From Convolutriloba macropyga (taxonomy: Eukaryota): DNA of 64,000 nucleotides. The notes beneath the pieces were generated by a model that saw only the letters and a program-made list of their open reading frames with translations, searched no databases and was not told where the DNA came from. The translations under genes and the position numbers were made by a program. The DNA lies in assembly GCF_964194025.1 (NCBI RefSeq), contig NC_134480.1, positions 22,258,001-22,322,000 of the forward strand. The letters are read 5' to 3'. Below, in pieces: positions 26,953 through 39,184 of this stretch. Numbering within the stretch: position 1 is the first letter of the stretch; each line of letters starts with the position of its first letter.

Positions 26953-27366
26953 TATAAACTCTGATAACAACAGTAGTTCGATTGTGAATTCATTCAATGA
27001 TAGCAAGCATCGTATAGCAACAACATTTAAGCAACGATCGATTTCGTAACGTATCATAACAACAAGTGAAAACTTAGACGGCAAGGTTTTTTGATGCTCT
27101 TTTACTGGTTTTTTGTCTGATGTTATTGACGTCAAATCAGTTGGTATTCAATCGGCAATTGTCTAGAAAACCTAAAAATATTAAGCCGAAAACCAGCTTA
27201 ATCGATACGTGTAGTGGTTATATTTACTTAAAATTAGGTTAAATGAACTTTTTCGGAACATTCTACGTAAATTAGAACGTATTTAAATCTTATTTGGAAC
27301 GATTTATATGCGTATTTGTTATTTAGAAATACTCGATTCTGATTGGCTCTTATTTACTACGTAACA
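26953..27366 (-). repeat. 5' LTR of BEL element A
   Basis: Matches 17351-17763; followed by the PBS and flanked by the TSD. Confidence 0.93.
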
Positions 27367-27671
27367 AAAATACCGGTATGAAAGGCAGACTAAAAGCCGA
27401 GCTTTGCATAATGGGGCAAACTTGTTGCTAGAGAACTGTCAAAAACATGGTAAAAAGGTTCAGAGATTGCAATCAAGCTTTCAGGTCTTTATTTTTGATG
27501 CGGAGGAACTTACACTCTCACACGTATGCACATATAAATTTTTAATTTATATTATTGTGTTATTATTATATTAATCACGATCCATTAATGTGTGATCTGT
27601 AAAAAAGACCAGGGTGATTTACTTTATATATATAAATTAGTTTATATAATAGTTTATAAATAGTTTAATAA

Positions 27672-30600
27672 TTTTTTTTTGATAGTAATAGGAATATATT
27701 AAAAAAGTTGAGTGGAGATACAGATCAATGGAATATATCCAATCATAAATTTAAGGTGTGCTTGGTTGTGGAAATCATGGTTTAAATCATTTCTAAGTTC
27801 AGTCAATTCTCAGAAAGTTTTCTTGCGATCAACCTTGTGCCCAAAAATCACCATGGCGCCCACGCAATTGAGTATTTGCCTTTTATTTGTTCCCACAATC
27901 CCTCACAATCGGGTCTTCAAATTTTCTTCAAAATCAACCCACACAATCGGGTTGAACAGAAGAAATGAGCATTGTCCCCGCTCATTGGGTGACAAACAAG
28001 TTCGCGCAAAGCAATAACTGGGCAGCTAAAATTGGGTGAGTCAATACTGTAAATTAACTATTGTGGGGCTGAAGGTGTTGTCGCAGGAATGAGTCTCATA
28101 ACAGGGGATCTCTGGCGATCAGCATTGTGGCTGAACCTCTCATTAAAGTCACTGAGACTCCTTGAGATAATCGATTGTAGGCAACTGATAAACCAGCTGG
28201 TTGAAAGTTTCGGTTATCGGCAAGCAAAGCTATACGTTTCAAAGTTTTCCGGACCAAATCTGAGAAGCCCCCGAAAGATTCAAACGCGAGTGGTACAAAC
28301 TGGATACCTATTTCGGCACATTTTTGGGCATATTGTTCATATTTCCTATCTTCAGCATTTGTCAGAGCAAAACCACACCCCCTCGCCGCATCTGAAATTA
28401 GACTGGGCTGCGGTGGGGAAGTTATGGTTACGTCTAACGCAGATGGCTGTCCCGCTGACTAGCTTGGCAAGTATATGTCTCCTGGCCTTGAGTTATTATC
28501 TGGAATCAAATTTTTCTGTTCGCAGACGGGTGATAAGTTTGCGGTCGAGCAAGCAGCAAATATTCTATCCCTCACTCTATCGTGCCGCGATATCATATCC
28601 CCCCGACCATGACAGCTTAAAGCGTGATCACGCAGCATGTCCAGTCTGCCGTTTTGACAGTAAGGGCACTTTCGTTCCTCAATGTATAACGGAACACCAA
28701 TCGGATACTTCAATGCGGCTCTGAATTCATTTGGCTGAAGGTGAAGGCCCAGACTAGGGATTGGAGGTGCGGAAAGCCAGGCACCAGATTGAGGCAACGT
28801 TAGTGAAAGCAAACGAGCTTTCTCCCGATTTGAAGTCTGATTACCAAGAAGGTCAGAAAAAGCAGCATCGTCAAGTGCCTCCTGAATCTTGTGTTGCGTA
28901 TATTGGCTAATTTCTAGATTCTTCAGTTCTTCCACTGTTTCTTTGAAAATTTGATTGTCTGTAATTTTCTCACCGGTTATTTGTTCCACTAAAGCGTCTG
29001 CCTGCGATACTGACCCAACAAACGCCGCTTTCAATTGGTCAATTGCTTGTCTAATTCCAACGCCAGTTTTGCTTATTGGTAGACAAGCCTGCTTCCAAGC
29101 GTTGTCACTTATAAGGGTACCTAACATATTCTCAAATGTTTTTCTCTGAAGCTTGTCAAAATCCTGCAAAATAACAGAGGATTCGTCAGATGGAGTGTTA
29201 CATCGCAGGGAATATACCATCTTTGGGGCACCAAGACAGCTTCGAAGAATTCCAAGCGCACAATGTGGGTCGTCTAGGTACGCCAAGTTGTCGAGCAGTT
29301 TTTCTATTTTGTTGACTCTTTTTCTCAAAGATGCAGCAACAAAACTGGGATTGCCGATGGCAGCGCCCAAGATCTCAAGTCCTTCTTTGCTATTTCTTTT
29401 TACTCTGTTATCTATAGCGTTCAGATCAACGGGTGACCAAAGCTCACATTTTTCTATTCTGAGCTCCAAGCCGCATCCTTCACCCAAATTTGTCAACAAA
29501 TTCAATGCTGTGCAAAGTTGTTGGTGGGTACCAGCAAGGATGCCATCATCCAAATACCAATTATGCTGTACTAGATTTGGTAATTTTGTTTCAATTTCTT
29601 TAATGATTGGCCACAGAGCTAGTGAAAACAAAAGCGGCCCCAAAGGATCCCCTTGTTGCACTCCCGATTGGCTACTTAAGTATGTGTTGTTAAAATGCAA
29701 ATGACTGTGTTGTGAGTAGCAAAAAGTCGCAAAAGGGGCAACACTAGGTAAGAATTTTGCGACTGCTTCCAAAACCTTGCTTCTTTTTACCGAATTGAAG
29801 GCATTTTTGAAATCAGTCTGCAATATTCCGGAATTTTTTGACCTTTGCAGTTTTTCAAAGGAAACTCTTGTTGCATGTACTATGCCCTCAGCACCACCCT
29901 TGACTGCTACCCCCAATTGTTTTGTGTTAAAAAGATCAGCAGCATCTGAATTCGCTTCACGAGCTATGCATTTAGCAATAAGACGTCGAATGACTTCCCC
30001 AACAGCGATAGGACGGACCCCACCTTTCAATTTTTTCAATGCAGTTATTGTTGCACTACATAGTATAGGAGCAACAAATTCGGGAAGCTGACCCCTGCTA
30101 GCTAAGTTGACAAATTTTGTTAAACTAGTGATTGCTCGCTTTGATTGATCAGGGACACCGCAGTTTACTGCATGCAGCAGATGCTCGGGATACATTTTTG
30201 ACGGCCCAGCTGCAGTAAATTTGGAGAACGACTCGATTTGGAAGAATACTGATGCCTCGTCAAATTGATATGCGTTCGTGTTAGCATCTTGATCAAATTG
30301 GTGGTCAGGTTGCTTTTCTTTAGGGTGGAGCTTTTTAAGTTCATTCAACGTTGCAGCATTGTCAGGTGCGACGCCGTCAGAAGACAGAACTTTCGCTGCC
30401 CTCCCAAACTGCCCCTGCAGACAAAGAGATTTCGCGCGGCTTGCTAAGGCGTCTATTGACTCATTGCTAGTTTTATTTGACTGCTTCATTGAGGCCGCCT
30501 CGTACCACAGTGCAGCATAATCACCTGATTTCCATCGCTCAAGTCTGCTCAACAACTGTTTCTCTTGCTGCTGCTTGTGTTTCTTGCCCCCACGATTAGA

Positions 30601-30690
30601 CGCGCGTAGAACACATTTGCTAATTGCAAAGAGTTTTTTCCAATTTTCTATCGATTGCGGGTGTGAAATGCAAGCATCGATAACGGATGT
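27672..30690 (-). mobile_element. CRE-clade-like non-LTR retrotransposon with restriction-like endonuclease (RLE), 5'-truncated
   Basis: Poly(A) remnant (T9 at 27672-27680), ~420-nt 3'UTR and a single RT+RLE frame that starts abruptly mid-ORF at 30690. Confidence 0.85.
28096..30690 (-). pseudogene. RT-RLE ORF of the CRE-like element (one in-frame TAG at 28459-28461, probably from TGG)
   Basis: RPIAVGEVIRRL, QLGVAVKGGAE, DFKNAFNSV, GVQQGDPLGPLLF, WYLDDG, LGAAIG, SGAWL; CCHC knuckle CPYC..HALSC, RHD, RPGD. Reading through the stop gives LDVTITSP..AEDRKYEQY..PLAFESFGG..RGSATML, ending TGA at 28096. Confidence 0.88.
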
Positions 30691-30720
30691 TAGTATTTAA
30701 TAAATAGTTAATAAATAGTA

Positions 30721-30724
<4 letters not shown>

Positions 30725-30775
<51 letters not shown>
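30725..30775. repeat. (TA)n microsatellite flanked by TAAATAGT(A)TTTA-like units
   Basis: Seen directly in the sequence. Confidence 0.95.
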
Positions 30776-30780
<5 letters not shown>

Positions 30781-30891
30781 TTTATATATGTAAATTAAAT
30801 CACTCTGGTCTTGCTACAGAAAACACAATAAGGGATCGTGAAGGTATAGGCGTACGATCTGTTGGTGTTTCAAATCAGTGGGACAAACATC

Positions 30892-30914
30892 NNNNNNNNN
30901 NNNNNNNNNNNNNN
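30892..30914. other. assembly gap (23 N)
   Basis: Ns in the sequence. Confidence 1.
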
Positions 30915-30923
30915 ATGGATGTT

Positions 30924-31281
30924 TGTAAAGGAACCAAGTTCCTTTATATTTTATCTCCCCCCACACCCTCATTTTCCTCCCCCACCTACACTTTCGTCCT
31001 CCAAAACCCTTTCATTTCATGATTTTCATTCCCCCAACCTATTTTCGTTGAAGCTTTTTATATGTTGATTTTATTGAAGAAGTCAGAAGTGGTTGACGTT
31101 CACTTTCAATATTATTTATAGTAAGGGATTTCCCGTTTTTGACCATAACTTGTGTGCCAATGGCGCGAATTATGATGTATTTATAGAGCTTGATTTGCTA
31201 CCATAGTTGCGACTTTCAGAAATACAAATATTAATGAAAAGTTGTCTTGGTATGCAAGACTTAGGCCGAAGAGCATAAACA
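30924..31281 (+). repeat. 5' LTR of BEL element C
   Basis: TGTAAAGG...TAAACA, near-identical to 38223-38581. Confidence 0.95.
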
Positions 31282-32171
31282 TTTCTGGCGTATCCTAGGG
31301 TCAAAAAAGGACCTTTGAAACTTGCTCGACGCAGACTGGGGAATTTTTGATTTTATAGGGGGAACTTAGACATTTGACACTTAGCACATTTTAAACTCTG
31401 GTTTTGATAACTTCACACTTTTTAATCAAAAACATCACAATCACAAATGATCCAACTGATTTTTAATCTGGCCCTAGAAGTGAAGACTGAGATGAGAGTT
31501 CTCCTGAAAAGGATGCTTGCGTGGGATGCCTAGTTACGACAGATGGGCTGGTCTTGCTTGCGGATTTGAATGTCTTCATTTCAAAGGCTGGATTTTAATA
31601 GGCGACTAGTTATCGTTGGATCAATATAGTATCTTTCCGCATTAGTTTTGAAAGGAGTAGGTCCTCCTCTAGGTGAAATTTAAAGCACCACCAACACACA
31701 CATTAACTTAGGATTAGTTGCAAGACCTGGTATGCCCTTGCTACCTTAAGGTTTATAGGAACGTGAAGTTATCCCCCCACCAGTGTCAGTAGACACACAC
31801 AATAGTCGAAAGTTAACCACCACAGGTTAGGGTTCCTTCTGTTGCGCTCGAGAATCAAATAGGCAACCAGACAAACATCTATTTTATCTAAGTTTGTATG
31901 AATTTCACTGATTAGTGGAAAAGTTTAACTCTATGCAACTTCTGATTAGCATCATATCTGTATCAAACATCACTTAGTGATAGCGACAAGCATAAACATA
32001 GCAATCAAACATTAAACAAAAGCATTAGCTAAGCACAGTAAGCAACAGCCTCATTTAAATAATAGGTTTAACATAACAAAAACTAGAATAGGGCTGTTAC
32101 AAGGAAACATAGTGCAGTAACAGTGCAGTATAAACTTTGTAAAATAAGAAAAGTCTTCTAACACAATCAAC

Positions 32172-35100
32172 ATGCCAAACAAGTCCAAAGCATCATCAAC
32201 AGCAAAGAACAGCCTCAAGCAACAACTTCAGCTGAAAGTGATAGAGTAGAACGCAGTAAAAGACCTCTTCGAAGAACAAAGCAATAGTAACGAAGGTCTA
32301 AGCATACTACGTGAAACTTTGGAAATTTTGAGGTCTCAAAAAGAGCAGTTGGACAGAAGTTGCAGTGAACTCATGAAGCTACAGCTAACAAGTGAAGAGT
32401 TGACAACACTTGCTAATGAATCTGCTGAAAGAAACATAACCATGCTGAAATGCAAACAGAGAGCAAAAGCACACAGAACGGATGCAAGTGACACTGAATC
32501 TGCTTTCAACACATCAGCAGCGCCTTCCCCTAATCTACTGAGAAAACAGTACCCTTTACGCAATAGAGCAATGAAACAAATGAAACATCAGTTGGCAAGC
32601 CGCAACAATCAGGAAACAAACAAAGCTGACTCGTCCGACTCAGAAGACCCTGATAATTCTCAACCCGTTTTTAACATTGAAGAGAGAGGAAGGAACAGAG
32701 AATTTCTCACAGGGGCCTTGAGAATAGATGAGGGCTGGCAAAATTCAATTCGATCGAGAGAAGAGAACCATGTTCGAGGACAGAACCAACATGAGAGTGA
32801 GGATAGAGCTGGGCATTTGCAACAACCACTTTCTTTTCACATCAATAGCCAAGCTGGTCCTACCATGAGCCATAGGTACACACCACAAAATCAACAACCA
32901 CTGAACAGTTGTACCGGGCATGAAGTACACTATAACAACGGCTCTAACAACAACCTATACAATGGCTTCCCGAGTTTCCCGAGTTCTCCACCAGACTGGA
33001 TGCAACACCAGGCACTGATGATACAGAACACAATGAGTTTGCCCAAGATATCAATTGATAATTTCACAGGTGATCCTTTGAAATGGCACCAGTGGTTCAG
33101 CTTCTTCAAAGCGACCATTCACAACAACAGTGGCCTCTCAGACGCTCAAAAAACGACATACCTCCAAAACTCTGTAACACATAAGGCAAGAGATTCCATA
33201 AGTGGATACTCATACAATGGGGACTACTACCATGAAGCTATCGCTGAACTGACCAGAAAGTTTGGCAAACCACAGCATATTGTCGCTGCATACCTAGATC
33301 AATTGGAGAAGTGGCCGAACCCAGACTGGACGAACCAAACACTTTTGTGAGCTTTTCATCCTTCTTGAGGAGACTGGTACAAACATTCAGGCTTCACAAC
33401 TTTGAAGCTGACCTCAAGTCTTCAGCCGTCCTGAGAATGGCCAGAGACAAACTGAACGCTACCATGATAATCAGATGGAATCAACACACAAGAAGCCAAG
33501 CCTTGCTGCAACCTAACCTTACCCACTTTGCTGATTGGATTGACTCCTACGCAGAGGCGTGTGAGGACATCTCCCCACAACGGAACCAGAGAACCAGAGT
33601 GAACAGTTCTTCTAGAAGGGGGCCACCAGATGTGTCATGTCAACTCTGCTCACAAAACCACAACCTTGGTCGATGTCCCGAATACTTGGAAAAAACAGTG
33701 TATGACCGACAGTGTTGTGTGAGAAGGTTCAATCTCTGCCCTAACTGTCTAAGAGGTCATGAAAAGGGTCTCTGTCAATCAAAAACAAGGTGCCTTGTGG
33801 ACAGATGCAATGGCTTCCATCACTCAACACTCCATAGGACAGATGCAAGGCAGATGCAACAATATGCACAACCAAATGGGAACTGGAACCAAAACTCACA
33901 AAATAACTTCAGACCCCAAACCAACCAAAACCAGTCAAACTATGGACGTAAATTTAACAATGAAAACCAAAGGCAGCAGACGAGTTCAAACTACAACCAA
34001 CAGAGTGGAACTCAAAACAGACATGGTGGATCTAACAGCAGTACTTCACACAGGGGCAACTGGAACAAAAATGGTTTTCACCCTCAGCCGATGAACACGC
34101 AGAACGATAACAACAACAGACAGCAGAGTAGCAATCAACGCACTGTGGCTCAGCAGCAGGCAACTACTCCGCAACAAAACTACACCTGCAGCAACCAGCA
34201 GGAGACTTCTTGGATCAGACCGAAGATTCAGTTGCAGGCAATACCAGTAACACTTTTCAACAGAGATCTTTGCATTGAAACCTACGCATTGCTGGACAGT
34301 GGCAGTGACAATACTCAAATAACACAGAAGGTTGCTGATGCACTTCAAGTTCAACAACCAAAAGACATAACCCTACCACTAGCTTCACTTCATGGTGAAC
34401 ACTCAGTCAAAACAGCAGATGTCATGATCGGCATAGGAGCTTTGTACAGCAGTTGTCCTGTGATAAGAATCCCTGTGTACGCAACAGCAATGGACGAGTT
34501 TCGCATGCCAAGAGTTCAAATTGAAATGTTGAATGAGATCTGCAGAGACCATTCTCACCTCCAGAGCATAAGATTTCCAACAATCAGGGACAACCGGATC
34601 GGAATACTGATTGGAGCAGACGCATTCACAGCAACAGTTCCCAGACAGTTCACAACGGGACCCACTGGTACACCATACGGAGTCAACACTCTGCTTGGTT
34701 GGACACTGACAGGGCCCATTCCTCAGAGGTACACACAGAAGAGGGTCGGACAGTCAAACAGCACAAACATAACACTTTTCAATCATATCAAGAGACGGCA
34801 AGACGATCCAGATGAAGATCTTCTCCAGCTCTTCTGGACAATTGAAGGAGTGAACTTCAATCAGTGTTCTTCAAAGGGACAGTCTTCAGATGACAAGGAG
34901 GCGGTTTCCATCCTCAATGATACCATAAGACACATTGGTGACAGATACCAGATTGGAATTCTATGGAAGAAAGACATCACACTACCTAACAACTACTTCA
35001 TGGCCAAAGTTCAGTGGCACGCTCTGCAGCAGAGGTTGGAGAGGGACACAAGCTTGAGAGACCGCTGTGAGAAAACAATCAAAAAAGATTTGGATAAAAA

Positions 35101-38100
35101 CTACATCACAACTGCAGACCCCAGTTGCAGACACTCTGTCTGGTACCTTCCCCATCACCCAGTGATCAACAAACAGAAACCAGACAAAATCCGCAGAGTC
35201 ACAAACGCTGCTTCCAAATATAAGGGACTCTCACTCAATGATGCATTGCTGACAGGGCAGGATCTACTCTGCAACCTGCATGGCCTTCTTCTCCGCTTCA
35301 GACAGTACTCAGTGGCAATCACAGCGGACATCGAGGCAATGTTCATGCAGATTGGCATCCAACCAAAAGACCAAGACTATCTCCGTTTTCTCTGGACAGA
35401 GGATGGCAATGAAAAGATCTTCAAATACAATCGACTCATTTTTGGAGCCACATGCTCACCTTCTTGTGCGATATTTGTTCTGCAGAAGTGTGCAAATGAC
35501 CACAAACAAGAACATCCAGAGGCCTACACATCATTCATGCAGCAGTTCTACATGGATGATTTCATGCAGAGCTACCCTTCTGAAGAGGAGGCCCGCAGAA
35601 GTGCAGAGGAGATCAAAACGGTTTTACAAACAGGAGGATTCAATCTGACGAAGTTCTTGAGCAACAGACCAGCCGCATTAGAAAACCTACTGGAAGAAGA
35701 CAAGGCGGAAATGAAAGCCCAAAGAATCCTTGGTCAGACGTGGGACCCCAAAACTGACAAGTTGATGTTTGCAAAACCTAAGTTTCTCTACACAGGACAA
35801 CAGATGACCCAAAGAAAGGTTCTTTCAATGGCAGCTTCTCTGTTCGATCCAATCGGACTGATATCACCCTTTGCCATCAGATTTAGATGCAGCCTCCAAA
35901 GAATCATTAAAGAGGGAAGAAACTGGGATCAACCTGTGTCAGAATGCTACCAACAGGAACTACAGGAGTGGATGGATAAGTTCGACAACATGACTCCAAT
36001 TGAAATTCCCAGATGCTTGATTCCCAGCACCAATGGAACCAATCAACTTCACACGTTCACTGATGCCTCAATGAGTGCAATTGCTGCCATAGTTTATGTG
36101 AGGACAACGAACGCCGATGGATCTTCCACATCCCGATATGTGATCAGTAAAACCAAAAGTGGCACCGATCAAGCAGTTGAGCATTCCAAAACTGGAGTTG
36201 GAAGCTGCAACACTTGGAGCAGAGCTAGCTGGGTTCTGTGAGAGCGAGATGACAACTACAATGAGTTCAAAACACTTTTGGACAGACAGCACCGCTACAC
36301 TTGGTTGGATCCAATCCAAGCAAAGACAGAAAATGTACATTGCCAACAGATTAACCAAAATTCACGAGAATTCCAACCAAGAGAATTGGAGACACATCCC
36401 TGGAAAGATGAATCCCGCTGACCATGGAACACGAGGCCTCACCCCATCAGACATACCAAAGCTGTGGCTCCAACCACCGGAATTTCTGAGCAAACCTCAA
36501 GACTCTTGGAATTTTGCCGAGGACAGTGATCCCCACATATGCGCCACACAAGCGACACAACTTCAGACGCCGGTCATTGAGGTTGACAAATTTTCAACAT
36601 GGAGTCGACTGCTCAACTCTACTAGAATGGTGTTCCAGGCAATAAGACGCTTCAGGGCAAAAGTTTGAACTAGAAGACAAAACGAATCACCTGAGACATC
36701 CAACACTAACACTTTTGCATCAGATGAGAACAGGGCAAGGAACTACCTCATCAAAATGTCCCAAAACGAGTTGTTCTCAGGAACAATTTCTGCACTGTTG
36801 AAGGGAGGCAATCTTGAGAAAGGAGACAAACTGATGCCCTTCACACCCTTTCTAGATGAAGACGGACTCTTGAGGGTAGGAGGAAGACTCAACAAGGCAC
36901 CTCTAACCTACAATGCAAAACATCCGCTTCTTCTCCATAGCAGGAGCAAAATTGCAAGACTGTTGATTGAAAAGGCGCACCATGACTGTGGCCATCAGGG
37001 TGTGGAACATGTGAAGGCTCACCTGCAACAGACTTTCTTGATGATTGGATTGAGAAAAGTGCTGTGAAGTCTGGGGAAATACTGTTTCATTTGCAGACGA
37101 TGGAGGGCAGACAATGTGAGACCCAAGATGGCCGATCTTCCTGAATTCAGATTTCCAGATGCAAACAAGCAGTACCCTTTCGTCAACACAGGAATGGACA
37201 TGTTTGGACCTTTCTACATTGAGGACAAGAGAGAGGGCACCCAGATGCACTACGTCTGCTTGTTCACATGCCTGGTCACCAGAGCTGTCCACCTAGAAGT
37301 ATGCCAGGACCTCTCAACTGATTGTCTTCTCATGACAATCCGCAGATTTGTCTCACGACGTGGATACCCTGACCTCATTGTAAGTGACAATGGCAAAAAC
37401 TTCATTGGAGCCAACCAAGCAATGAAGTTAAAGTTCCAGAGAAGCTACAAGCCAGACAATGAGTACATCAGACTGCAATTGGCTCAACAGAACATTCAGT
37501 GGACTTTCAACCCTCCATTGGCACCACACTTCGGAGGAGTCTGGGAGAGGCTGATACAGACCGCGAAGAGGAGTCTACTAATAGTGCTGGGCAGTCGGAA
37601 ACTAACACTCTCAGTTTTCCAGACAGTTGTGGCAGAGGCCGAGGCAATTTTGAACTCCAGGCCATTAACTCATGTGGGCTGCAGCATCTCAGATGAGGGA
37701 CCACTTACTCCGAATCACTTCCTCCTTCGCCGACCTCACAGGTGTTTGAAACCTCTTGTGAACAGCAACCAGCGGTTCTCCACTAAGGACTTCAAGTTGA
37801 CGCAGACACTACTTGATCACTACTGGAGCAGGTTGCTGAAGGAATATGTTCCTGAGCTCAACAAGAGAACGAAGTGGCAAGGATCACATGATGAGCTGGA
37901 TGAAGGTGACATTGTGTGGGTGCTCAAGGAGTTCACACCCAGAGGCATCTGGCCTCTTGGGAAGATTGTGAAAGCACACAGAGGTTCAGACGGGATAGCC
38001 AGGAGTTTCGACATCCAGACGGCTACAGGAATGGTACAAAGACCAGCAGTAACCCTAAGCCGTGTGTTCCCACAATCGTCAGGTGCGCCGGAGGGTCACT

Positions 38101-38102
38101 GA
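32172..38102 (+). pseudogene. BEL/Pao gag-pol of element C (stops at 32247, 36666, 37065; frameshifts near 33320 and 36155)
   Basis: Gag FTGDPLKWHQW..YLQNSV..LTRKFG; three Cys-His knuckles; protease YALLDSGS; RT YLPHHPV..ADIEAMFMQI..FYMDD; RNase H HTFTDAS, WTDS, NPADHGTRG; integrase GMDMFGP..SDNGKNF..PHFGGVWERL. Confidence 0.95.
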
Positions 38103-38222
38103 AACAAGTTCGTCGAAACACACACACACTCACACACACACAAAACTCAATGTCGGAATGAAAACTTTTTGCTTTATTGTGTTTACATTTTCATATCAAA
38201 TGCTTGCTTTTGTTGCCGGGAG

Positions 38223-38581
38223 TGTAAAGGAACCAAGTTCCTTTATATTTTATCTCCCCCCACACCCTCATTTTCCTCCCCCCACCTACACTTTCGTCCT
38301 CCAAAACCCTTTCATTTCATGATTTTCATTCCCCCAACCTATTTTCGTTGAAGCTTTTTATATGTTGATTTTATTGAAGAAGTCAGAAGTGGTTGACGTT
38401 CACTTTCAATATTATTTATAGTAAGGGATTTCCCGTTTTTGACCATAACTTGTGTGCCAATGGCGCGAATTATGATCTATTTATAGAGCTTGATTTGCTA
38501 CCATAGTTGCGACTTTCAGAAATACAAATATTAATGAAAAGTTGTCTTGGTATGCAAGACTTAGGCCGAAGAGCATAAACA
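38223..38581 (+). repeat. 3' LTR of BEL element C
   Basis: Preceded by GCCGGGAG and followed by TSD ATGTT. Confidence 0.95.
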
Positions 38582-39184
38582 ATGTTTAATGTACAAAAAT
38601 GCATTACTAACGGGCCCTGAATTGCTAGATTATGAGCTGAGTAATAACTTATTTAAGAAGCTTTGGACAGCATGTTTAGAGGGAAAATGGTATTAACAGA
38701 AAACTTATTTGTTGTTTCGTTGCCTTTGTCCCGTTCCAAAGTAGCTCAATGTTTAACGACCATTTTTCCAAGATTAAAGGATCCATAGTGCTGTGGCTTG
38801 TTCACTGGGATTGAAGTTGGAGGCTGAGTGTGCAAGCCCGCCAGAGGAAAGAATTTATACCCGGGCCGAGGAATTTGGCCAAAATTATATAAGATCAGCG
38901 GCAACTAGCGTTGACAAGTCGGAAAATTCACCGCAATTTTCTTACATAATTTTGCGTTGAATGCGTTGAATTTAAAGACAAAAATTCAACGCATTCAGCG
39001 CAAAATTATGTAAGAAATGGCGGTGAATTTTCCAACTTGTCAACGCTAGTTGCCGCTGATCTTACATATTTAGCGTTGAATTTAGCGTAGATCTTACATA
39101 ATTAGCGTTGAATTTAGCGTAGATCTTACATATTTTTGCGTTGAATTTAGCGTTGATCTTACAAAAAATCAACGCGTAGAACTC

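Larger units (their letters stand above)
17351..27366 (-). mobile_element. BEL/Pao LTR retrotransposon A, full length (~10 kb), defective
   Basis: Direct LTRs 17351-17763 and 26953-27366 (about 13 substitutions plus 1 indel by eye, ~97% identical). TSD AAAAT at 17346-17350 and 27367-27371. PBS TGGCGCCGCGACCC. Gag-PR-RT-RH-IN order with BEL-type motifs. Confidence 0.95.
27575..30841. mobile_element. inverted-repeat (MITE-like) element with a central AT mini/microsatellite, split by the CRE-like insertion
   Basis: 27575-27633 tcacgatccattaatgtgtgatctgtaaaaaagaccagggtgatttactttatatat is an imperfect reverse complement of 30784-30841 atatatgtaaattaaatcactctggtcttgctacagaaaacacaataagggatcgtga. 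Confidence 0.7.
30924..38581 (+). mobile_element. BEL/Pao LTR retrotransposon C, full length (7.66 kb), recent insertion
   Basis: LTRs 30924-31281 and 38223-38581 (TG...CA; 1 substitution plus 1 C indel by eye). TSD ATGTT at 30919-30923 and 38582-38586. PBS TGGCGTATCCTAGGG at 31286. Confidence 0.96.

Noticed and set aside
28089-30447. plus-strand ORFs (211, 183, 104 aa and others) opposite the CRE-like RT
   Set aside because: Antisense shadows of the RT frame with no independent motifs. The same applies to antisense ORFs over the BEL pol genes.
38860-38872. foldback TIR CCCGGGCCGAGGA resembling the BEL A priming site CCGGGCCGGAGGA
   Set aside because: A short GC-rich match with no further homology; probably coincidence.
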